In this document: piece after piece, positions 14,101 through 23,787 of the stretch
Layout of the letters: each line of letters opens with the position of its first letter
Position numbering within the stretch: the first letter of the stretch is position 1
Assembly: GCA_964016885.1 (NCBI GenBank)
Contig: OZ024741.1
Span: forward strand, 391,158,001 to 391,222,000
Direction: 5' to 3'
Length of the DNA: 64,000 nucleotides
From: Eledone cirrhosa
Taxonomy: Eukaryota
Made by a program: the position numbers and the translations under genes
The notes under the pieces: model-generated
What the model saw: the letters and a program-made list of their open reading frames with translations, nothing else
The model's database searches: none
What the model was told of the DNA's origin: nothing

Positions 14101-14905
14101 CAGCATTCATCTCCTCAGTGGCCGTATCTCTGTTCCAGGTATTATTTATCTCAGTATTCAGATCATTGTCTGCTTCGGGTGGTTTCTCCGTTCTCAGGAC
14201 CTCCTCACCTTCATTTCCCGCCGGCTCGCTTGTCTGGCATACTACACCCGCCATCTCCAAGCCATTCTCTCTGCTTAGTTCCTCCAGTTCCAGCTCGCTT
14301 ATCCACCCATTAGTTCTTATTACCCGAGCCTGCCCGGCCAATTTTTGTTCATCTAATTTAAATAAACCAATCTCGTTCCAGATGTTATGCATCCGTCTCC
14401 TGTAGCCCCTCTCCTTGGGGTTACTTTTCAGGTAGCATTGCATAACAGTTCTATTCAATTCTTTCGTCCAGTTGGTTCTGGCCCCTTTCCTTCTTCTTCT
14501 TCCTCCAACATCAGCAGTATTTGGTTGACAGTCAGGTTCCTGCTGCTGAGCCAGGGGGCACCTGTTGGGTGAGAGTCTGTCACATGACGTTCTAGTCTCC
14601 ATTTCACCGTTATTCGAACTGTTTATGTTCGATATTTAAACACTCTTATCGAGGATTGGCGAATGTATGTTTACATAGCCATCTGTGGATCCGCCATCCC
14701 ACTTGGCCCTTGTGTGGCATTATCACCACGCTGTATACGAACACACATAAACAAACAAACACACGGGCAGAAAGGGCCCCAAAAATGAATAAGCATAAGT
14801 TTCATTGTAATGTAGTATTCGAATGTCTGACTTAGTTTTTGTTTTTTAAGTTTTACTTTTTCCCCCCTCTTCTCTGTCCGTCCGCCTGCTTCTCTCTTCA
14901 TTCTT
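11135..14905 (-). mobile_element. R4/Dong-clade (RLE-type) non-LTR retrotransposon, apparently full-length; 5' boundary approximate
   Basis: Single long ORF; 3'UTR ends ...GACTGAGATTCAAGG followed by (AAT)n on the element strand. Dong elements are known to target TAA repeats. Confidence 0.9.
11210..14602 (-). CDS. Intact 1130-aa R4/Dong polyprotein: N-terminal DNA-binding region, RT, CCHC zinc knuckle, restriction-like endonuclease
   Basis: [68 protein letters not shown]-(x)-DVACP...KINRY; no stops. Confidence 0.95.
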   Translation of the reverse strand: METRTSCDRLSPNRCPLAQQQEPDCQPNTADVGGRRRRKGARTNWTKELNRTVMQCYLKSNPKERGYRRRMHNIWNEIGLFKLDEQKLAGQARVIRTNGWISELELEELSRENGLEMAGVVCQTSEPAGNEGEEVLRTEKPPEADNDLNTEINNTWNRDTATEEMNADGLGQDSVDILDLVVDELNNDSGRPMNLRFVDRKKLKETTAKVNKVIPYLEARSLHQCNNILKATANTVRKLLGIKARGNNRQERAEPWWKKRLSGQIGEMRNDIGKLESLLNGTLKNIGTKNRLEIKYKTRSKKLNIIIEELKQRIVAKSAKIRRYENRVSQYKQNRMFDNNQKMLFGQLEGKERGNDLIPGAEQAKTFWRGIWEQDVRHNAQAGWIETVQREIGEQAQQQTDLSITVETLKGQAKKLTNWKSPGPDGVQGYWIKHLTSLHPKLTAMFNDCLVSGEVPEWLTKGTTVLIMKDRIKGNDVTNYRPITCLPVMWKLLTSIVSEEICHHLHTNNLLPDEQKGCRKKSRGTKDQLLIDKMVMGNCRRRHTDLAMGWIDYRKAFDMVPHSWITKSLEIFRVADNIRQLLGRSMGSWETELTSTGVSLGSVKIKRGIFQGDSLSPLLFVLALMPLTIMLRKVRAGYKLGRGELTINHLLFMDDLKFFGKSEKELDVLVDTVRIFSSDICMQFGIGKCGVIVMKRGRLSRSNGIQIPTGEMIKEIDSEEGYKYLGVLEADGIKNKKMKELLRAEYIRRVRSVLKSHLNSRNAISAVNSRAVSIIRYSAGILRWNVAEQKEMDRKTRKLLTIYNMFHKRSDVDRLYLRRSEGGRGLISIEECVQMEKNNLHKYVTDSKEPMLRTVLKEGTIGQGMSKEEITSRRKSSLKGKSLHSTFFEKTEFRDPQTWNWLRRGDLKKATEGMLMAAQEQALKTKWLKHHIYKEEASPLCRICGEREETVAHIVSECKHLAQTHYKGWRHDVMGRVIHWHLCKVNNLPHSEKWYEHRPEAVMENSQVKVLWDFRIQTDKKLEHNRPDLVVVDKEKRSCLIVDVACPFDTRVQEKEREKINRYQDLKWEVKRIWNCHEVKVIPIVIGALGTISKGFQGWLKKIGPFTLFGTLQKACLLGTARTLRYVLNI

Positions 14906-15655
14906 ATTTTATTTACGTTTTTGGGGTTTCTTTTTTTGTTTTTGTTTTTCTCGTTTTTTGCTGTTGTTGCTGTGCTGCTTTGGTTTTGTTGTTTGTTTTT
15001 TCTTTTTTCTTTTGAGTCTATCTATATATTTTGATGCCTTCCTCTTTGTTAGTAGTAGGAATTCTATAATGTGGAAGTGGCAGCCAGCAGAGACTGGCGG
15101 CGTTGGCGATACTGAGACAGTGGTGGTGGTGATGTCGATACCGAGGCAGTGGTGGCGGTGATGCGACCGTATTACTGTAGTGATGGTGCTGTAGCGGTGG
15201 CAGCAGCAGTGAAGGAGTCAAGGGGTGGTGGCGGCGGTGATGGGATAGTGGTGGTAATGATGGCCGTAGTGAGCGGTGGCGGTGAAGGTGAAAATGCTGT
15301 TCTGTTTAGTGTACACAGATGATGGGGTGGGTGGTGTATCTAGTTTCTGGTGTTGGTGAGTTTAGCTGTCCTATATAGTGTAGCCAGAGGAGAGGAGGGG
15401 GGGGGGGGTTCTTCTTCTTCCATTTATAGCCATTTTTTTTTTTGGATATACAGTGTACAATACAAAGTTGAATATTTGAATATTTGAGCCTTATAACAAT
15501 ATATTTTGGGTCCGAATTTTTTGGGGCTCAAGCCGGGTGCTTTACGTAGCATTTGTACTAAGAGTTGTTATTTCACAAATGATTTAAATATGTTAAAAAT
15601 TCAAAACTTACGGGAGCGATTTCATGACCTCCGTCACCTCGTGCGTCTTCTTCCC

Positions 15656-15702
<47 letters not shown>
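15656..15702. repeat. (TTA)n microsatellite
   Basis: Perfect TTA run directly upstream of Tx1 copy D. Confidence 0.97.
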
Positions 15703-18700
15703 GGCAACCTACGTAGTAAATCGTATTATCGTGAGCTCCGCAAAGGTTTGTTATTTCCGTTTGTTAAAAATTGGCATTTATGGAAAATTTTTATTGTTAA
15801 CTATATATAAGCGCACATACATTGTTTTCCGAAAAGGACACCCCAAAAGATTGCGGCCTTGTGCCCAAAATTTAAACTTTTATGATTATCAAAAAATTTC
15901 TTTGAAAAAAAAAAAAATTGCTAATTCACCACTGCACCAAGCAGCTGAAAGCCTTTCTCACAAATTAACACCTCACACCGACACCACCATTGTAAATGAT
16001 TATACGTCTTCCAACACAAACAATTTAAGCACTAGCAATATTTTAAATTTGTCTCAGGCAGACATTCATTTCCCGCCATTACCAATGACTGCAGGTGTTA
16101 AAGCCGCCACCACCACCACCACCGCGACAACCCCCCCACCACCACCGCGACAACAGAAACAAAAGGAAAAAATAAATCAACTCGTGATGTCGAAATATTT
16201 TCAACCAAAATGGACTCTCCCAACTGAAACTAAAATTAATAATAACAAAAATAACGATAGCAACAACAACAACAATGACATTAAAAAAACCACCCTGAGT
16301 TTTGCCAGAGTAGCAAAACAGTTCGAAGCATTTACGGTAACTCAGGAGGATTTAGAAAATGCCAAACAAATGGTAAAGAAAGATGGGTACAGGGTCAGCC
16401 TCACACCCCCCACCTAATAAAATGGAGCATCGGCGCCTATGCACCGTGTCGTATCGAACAATAAATGTAAAATCGCGCCGAGTGGAACGGGCATCCGAGT
16501 CCCAAATCCAAAAAGCTTTGGGACATGTGTGGGCAAGAAAAACCCACATCAGACGTGGGCAGAAGTATGGAACCGTGGACGTGTTCTTTGAAACACCAGA
16601 GGAGGCTAGAGAACACTCCATGGCCCCATTAAGAAGTGACGACTTCACACTCGTCCCAAGCTATTGTGGCCAGAGACTCGTAAAGATCAGGGTGACCTAC
16701 GTTCCACCGGCCATCGAAATTCCCTGGCTAATAGCGACCGTCCTCGCCGGCATCGAAGCCAACACAAAGATAATAGCAATAGCAAAAGAAAAGCAGGAGA
16801 ACTGGTCCGGATCTGGGATGGAGCTCCTGATCCAAGCGGACCAAAAAAGCATTGAGGAGATCCCAGAGGTAATAGACCTCACTGACGGCAGCCACCTCAC
16901 CGTAATTGTCGAGGGCAGAAGGCCTAGGTGTGTCGTTTGTGGTGAAGGAACCCACCTAAGGGCTTTCTGCCCTCAGGCTAAAAGGTTGAGGCCACCTCTC
17001 CTACCCACCCCAGTGACACAACCATCAACACCACCAGTAGCAGAGATGGCAGCAACAACTGTAGCAGCAACAACAGAAGCAACTATAAGAGCAACAACCC
17101 CAGCAACAGTAGCAAAACCAACACCACCACCACCCAACGCTTCAGAACTAGCACCAGCGCCTACACCATCCACCACGCCACAACCAAAACTAACGCCTGT
17201 GGAGGATTTTCCACTCCCCGGCCTATCACAACTGGAGACAGATTGTGACGACGAGGAGTGGGAAACGGTATCAGGAAAAAAAAAAAGAAACCAAAAAAGA
17301 AAAAATTCTCTTCCTTCCCCCTCCAAAAACAAAATACAGAGGGAACCAAATGAATTAACAAACAAAAAAGTTAGGACAGATATGCCACCATCCACACCAG
17401 CATCACCAACCCCATTAACCCAAACACCAACACCATCACCATCATTAACCCCAACACCACCATCACCTACACCACAAAAGTCACCAAAATGCGAAACAGA
17501 AACAAACCCACAACAAACGCAAACAAAACAAAACAACCAAAACGATACACACTACACAGCATTAAATTAGAACAACAAGCAATTATTACACTACATCCAA
17601 CACAACACCAGCATCACAGAAAAAGACTACACAACAACCCAAAAATTCACACCACCTCCACACATACAAATCACTCGCATCACACAGAAAACGTACATGA
17701 CACTAAAACAAAAATTCCCCAAAGACATCGGAAACTTCCGACAAGCACTCTCCAGGAGGATTTATAAGGACATCCTTCCTGAGGAGGCCACAAGCATTGA
17801 AAAGGATGGAAAAACCGTCCTTCCCCTACGAGAAGTAAGGTAAGTGGTCTTTCCCATCTTTTCCACTCCTTTTCAACATGACTTCACTCAGAATAGGCAG
17901 CATAAATGCGCGTGGCTTGGGGTCATCATGGAAGCAGGGCCACCTGCTCAACGACCTCAGGTCACTAAACATAGATGTAGTGGCCATCAGCGAGACCAGA
18001 ATCTCCGAAGCACGGGCCTTCGCACCGATCTTCGGCGGCTACGATGTGTACGCATCACCCAGCCGTCCTGGATCGGGAGGAGGAGTTGCTGTGCTTTTTC
18101 GGAGAGGTTTGGACCCAGAAGGTAAGTTGGTGGTGCTGGACGTGACCAGCGGAGACGGGCAAGCTTTCAGGTTAGTGGCCGTCTATGCCCCGACAGGAGC
18201 AGGGCGGCCTGATTTCTTCCGGCGTCTGGAGACCTTTCTTGGAACGTCCCGCTCTTTAGTGTTAGTGGGCGACTGGAACGGGATCTTAGATGCACGCTGG
18301 GATTGTGTGGGATTAGTGGATAGGGAAGGAGGGTGCAAGAGTCTCACCAACCTGCTCAGACGTTTTGAACTGTCTGACAGGTACCGAATGGATTTCCCGA
18401 ATGTACCAATGTGGACTTGGACAAATCGCATAGGGTCATCCAGATCATATCTAGATAGAGTATTTTGTAGGGAAATAGATAGGTCTAGCATAGGCTGTCC
18501 ACAATTCAAGATAGTCAGCTACACGGACCACAAATTCGTGATCTGTGTGCTTGACTTAGATAGGCTTCATAGACGAGGACCCGGCTACTGGAAGTTAAAC
18601 GCGTCCTTACCAGCGCGCAAGGCCTACATAGACCGGATTAGCGAACTAGTTAAGCGGGCGTTGACGGGGGCCATCGTCAACAACAAGTGGTGGTTTGCTC

Positions 18701-21511
18701 TGAAAAGAGCAATTAGAATAGAGTCCATTAGGTTTAGTAAGACATTAGCAATAGAGAAAAATAGAGTAGAGGGAGAATTAGTTAGAAAATTAGATGAGGC
18801 GCTTAGCAAAGGCATCGCGACCGACGTACTTGCGGCGAAATTGGCCCTTGACCAATTCTTCAATGCAAAGCACGAAGGCTGCGTTGTCAGAGCTAGGGTG
18901 CGTGCTCTCAGACACGAGGGGACGAAAGCCGTTCAATGGGCCCGAGTGGCGGAGGCGCGTCGTGGCAACAAAGCCACGATCCGGTCTTTGGTGGACCACG
19001 ACGGGAGCTTGCTACTCGATCCCGGGCAAATGTGTGAAGCTTTTCAGCGACACTTCGCTCAACTGTTCGGGGGCAGTGGCGGGCCGGATCGAGGGATGGA
19101 CTTTAGTGTCTACCTCGACGGACTGCAGCGGCTTTCGGCCACTGAGGCGGAGTGTTGCGAAAAGCCGATAACAACCGCTGAAGTACGGGATGCAATGACT
19201 AGTTGCACAAGGGGTAAATCGCCTGGTTTGGATGGTCTGCCCTATGAACTTTACGTACAAATGCCAAACTTGTTCGGAGGCCTCTTGGCGGACGTCTACT
19301 GCAACTGGCAACAGAACGGGAGAATTCCCAGCTCTGTGAGCCGAGGAGCGGTGGCGCTGCTGAGAAAGGATCCGAACAAGGGGGATAACATAGATAATTT
19401 TAGGCCCATAACTCTGCTAAACACAGAGTTCAAGATTTTGGCCAAGGTGCTAGCAAAGAGGTTGGCGCTTGTCGTTGGTGGTCTGGTGGGAGAGGCACAG
19501 ACATGCGCCATTCCCGACAGATCCATCCACGACAACCTCCACCTCATGCGATACATCGTAGAGAGGGTAGCTAGGGAACCTGGCACGGGTGGGTCTTTGA
19601 TCAATTTAGATCAGTCGAAAGCCTTCGATAGGGTCGACCATCGTTACCTAGCGGCAGTCCTGAGGGCGGCTGGCTTTGGGCCCGTCTTCAGAGGCTGGAT
19701 CGCTGCCATGCACAGCGACATCTGCTCTGTAGTGAGAGTGAACGGTCACCTTTCGGAACCGTTCAACATCATGCGCTCGGTCCGCCAAGGATGTCCCCTC
19801 TCGTCCCTATTGTACGTATTGACTCTCGAGCCATTACTGCACAAACTGGAGACGTTGAGGGTGTCCCGCGCGAACTAGGATGCGGAAGATCCGTGTCAGC
19901 ATATGCCGACGATGTCACCGTAGTGGTGTCGAACGCCAAACACATCGAGGTGATCGGCACTACACTAAGAGAATACGAAGCGGTGACAGGAGCAATGATC
20001 AACCAGGAAAAGTCAGTGGGCCTGCAGCTCGGCACCTGGAGAGGCAGGTCCATGCCGTCCAACAGCGTCGTCGGGCGCTGGACGGACGGACCGGTTAAAT
20101 TGCTAGGGGTCTGGTTCGGTCCAGACCTCCAGACGGACAAAAACTGGGACGAGGTGACGAGCAGGGTGGCTTCTCTCACCCAGAAATGGGCCGAGAGGAA
20201 GCTATCCCTGAAAGGTCGAGCGGAGGTGGCTAATGCGTACATCGCATCCGTCATCTACTACCGCCTGACCGTCGTACCTTGTCCTAAGCTCCGCCTGACT
20301 GCGCTGGAGCGTTTGCTCTTTCGCTTCTTGTGGAAGGGACGCGCTCCGATGGTCAGGCGGTCCATCTGCTGTCAACACCCGCTACGTGGAGGGCTGGGCA
20401 TGCCGTGGCTGATGATGCGCAGACACGCGCTCAGGCTACGACATCTCCACCTCTTCCTCGACGGTGATCAGGTGTGGTCGCCGTTTGCAAGACACGTTTT
20501 TCCCCAGCTCGTCTCCTTGACGGAGCTGCAGTCCTGGGTCAAGCGAAGACCGAGAGGGAGCGCTTGGAGACTGGAATGTCTTCAGGCGCTCACAGCCCTC
20601 GACCAATCGGGCAATGTGATCGGTGGAAACTCCACCTTGGCGTTCTATAGGGGATTAGTGGAGGGGAAGAGCGACGACGTACTTGGAGAAACTCTAGGCG
20701 TCGACGAAAATCAACTAGCCAATCTCTTCGGAAGGACTTTCGGGCCGGGGCCTATGGACAACTTCCAGAAATCCCTGGCCTGGCAGTGCTACCGAGGAGC
20801 TTTGCCAGTTCGGGATAAACTCTACAGGCATGGAGGTGCCGTCAGCCGGGCATGTCCGAGATGCGCGCAGGGCGACGAAACCGTCCTGCACGCACTCGTC
20901 CAGTGTCCGAGCATTGCTGACTTGTGGGTTTATGTCGAACACCTGCTGTCACGTGTAGGACCTATCCAGCTATCAGCTGAGTCCATCGTGAGGATTGCCC
21001 CGCCCCCTTCCTTTAGCCTGGAAGGGCAGGCAGTTTTTATCTGTCTGGTGGCCATGGCGAAAGAGATAGTATGGTGGACACGTTTGAAAGGGCTGAAGAC
21101 GAGCACTTACCTCTTCGGTGATGCCCTGATTAACTTTTTCAAATTTCATTTGAAAAGGAAAATCAGGGTAGAGAGGGAAGTGCTCTCTTCCCAGCATTTT
21201 GTTGAAAGATGGGTGAGAGAAGCAAGTATGGCCCGAATGAATGGGCCTTCTCTGAGTATGTGTCTGTAAATTAAAGGTGGAAAACTGGGAGAGGGCACTT
21301 GCCCTGGTGGTCAGGGCCACTGTGGTCTTTTAATGGGCTTTCTCCACAAATGTCCCTTGGAAGTCTCCCCCCTATTGGGGAATTTTTCTTTGTTATTTTA
21401 TTTCAACCTCTGTTTTTTTACACGCAGAAATGCCCATTTGTACCGTCCTGTATTGTCCTGTACTGTCCTTAATGTCTACTTTATGTGAACCCTTGTGGTT
21501 AATAAAGAAAA

Positions 21512-21512
<1 letters not shown>
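15703..21512 (+). mobile_element. Full-length Tx1-type retrotransposon, copy D
   Basis: 5' end GGCAACCTACGTAG after (TTA)n. ORF1 ~15917..17843 (start codon lost, frameshift at C-run ~16410, stop at 17570). ORF2 17878..21269. 3' end AATAAAGAAAAC followed by (ATT)n. Confidence 0.95.
17878..21269 (+). pseudogene. Tx1 ORF2 with a 27-bp in-frame deletion in APE and one frameshift at the G-run ~19860
   Basis: ORFs 17878..19878 and 19791..21269 compared with copy E. Confidence 0.92.
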
Positions 21513-21557
<45 letters not shown>

Positions 21558-21766
21558 GGCGACCTACGTAGGAAATCGTATTATCGTGAGCTCCGCAAAG
21601 GTTTGTTATTTCCGTTTGTTTAAAAATTGCCATTTATGGAAAATTTTATTGTAAACTGTTTATAAGCACACATACATTGTTTTCCGAAAAGGACACCCAA
21701 AAAGATTGGGGCCTTGTGCCCAAAATTTTAACTTTTATTATTATCCAAAAATTTCTTTGAAAAAAA

Positions 21767-23753
21767 ATGGCTAATTCCCCTCTGCACGAAGCAGCTGAAA
21801 GCCTTCCTCACAAAATAACACCTCACACCGACACCACCATTGTAAATGTTACTACGTTTGCCAACACAAAAAAAAATATAAGCAGTAGCAATATTTTAAA
21901 TTTGTCTCAGGCAGACATTCATTTCCCGCCATTACCAATGACTGCAGGTGTTAAAGCCTCCACCACCACCACCACCGCGACAACCACCACCCCCACCACC
22001 ACCGCGACAACAGAAACAAAATAAGAAAAAAATAAATTAACTCGTGATGTCGAAATGAAATCAAGCAAAATGGACTCTTCCGCACCAAAGGCGACTGACG
22101 TCACCAACACCACATCTGAAACTAAAATTAATATTAACGATAGCAACAACAACAACAATGACATTATAAAACCGACCCTCAGTTTCGCCATCGTAGCAAA
22201 ACAATTCGAAGCGTTCACGGTAACTCAAGAAGATTTAGAAAATGCCAAACAAATGGTAAAGAAAGATGGGTACAGGGTCAGCCTCACCCCCCACCTAATA
22301 AAATGGAGCATCGGCGCCTGTGCACCGTGTCGTATAGAACAATAAATGTAAAATCGCGCCGAGTGGAACGGGCATCCGAGTCCCAAATCCAAAAAAGCTT
22401 TGGGACATGTGTGGGCAAGAAAAACCCACATCAGACGTGGGCAAAAGTATGGAACCGTGGATGTGTTCTTTGAAACACCAGAGGAGGCTAGAGAACACTC
22501 CATGGCCCCATTAAAAAGTGACGACTTCACACTCGTCCCAAGCTATTGTGGCCAGAGACTCGTAAAGATCAGGGTGACCCACGTTCCACCGGCCATCGAA
22601 ATTCCCTGGCTAATAGCGGCTGTCATCGCCGGCATCGAGGCCAACACGAAAATAATAACAATAGCAAAAGAAAAGCAGGAAAACTGGTCCGGATCTGGGA
22701 TGGAGCTCCTGATCCAAGCGGACCAAAAAAGCATTGAGGAGATCCCAGAGGTAACAGACCTCACTGACGGCAGCCACCTCACGGTAATTGTCGAGGGCAG
22801 AAGACCTAGGTGTGTCGTTTGTGGTGAAGGAACCCACCTAAGGGCTTTCTGCCCTCAGGCTAAAAGGTTGAGGCCACCTCTCCTACCCACCCCAGTGACA
22901 CAACCATCAACACCACCAGTAGCAGAGATGCCAGCAACAACTGTAGCAGCAACAACAGAAGCAACTATAACAGCAACAACCCCAGCAACAGTAGCAAAAC
23001 CAACACCACTACCACCACCAGCAAAATCAACACCACCACCACCCAACGCTTCAGAACTAGCACCAGCGCCTACACCATCCACCACACCACAACCAAAACT
23101 AACGGCTGTGGAGGATTTTCCACTCTCCGGCCTATCACAACTGGAGACAGATTGTGACGACGAGGAGTCGGAAACGATATCCGGAAAAAAAAAAAGAAAC
23201 CAAAAAAGAAAAAAATTCTCTTCCTTCCCCCTCCAAAAACAAAATACAGAGGGAAACAAATAAACTAAGAAACAAAAAAGTTAGGACAGATATGCCACCA
23301 TCCACACCAGCATCACCAACCCCATCAACCCAAACACCAACACCATCACCATCATTATCCCCAGCACCACCATCACCTACACCACAAAAGTCACCAAAAT
23401 GCGAAACAGAAACAAACCCACAACAAACGCAAACAAAACAAAACAACCAAAACGATACACACTACACAGCATTAAATTTGAACAACAAGCAATTATTACA
23501 CTACATCCAACACAACACCAGCATCACAGAAAAAGACTACACAACAACCCCAAAATTCACACCACCTCCACACATACAAATCACTCGCATCACACAGAAA
23601 ACGTACATGACACTAAAACAAAAATTCCCCAAAGACATCGGAGACTTCCGACAAGCACTCTCCAGGAGGATTTATAAGGACATCCTTCCTGAGGAAGCCA
23701 CAAGCAGTGAAAAGGATGGAAAAGCCGTCCTTCCCCTACGAGAAGTAAGGTAA
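21767..23753 (+). pseudogene. Tx1 ORF1 of copy E (CCHC CVVCGEGTHLRAFC); stop at ~22024 and homopolymer frameshifts
   Basis: ORFs 21767..22024, 22055..22345, 22400..23263 and 23154..23753. Confidence 0.85.
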
Positions 23754-23787
23754 GTGGTCTTTCCCATCTTTTCCACTCCTTTTCAAC

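Noticed and set aside
15506-16417. 303-aa ORF with a poly-Leu, signal-like stretch
   Set aside because: Chance read-through across a TTA tract and the Tx1 5'UTR into ORF1.
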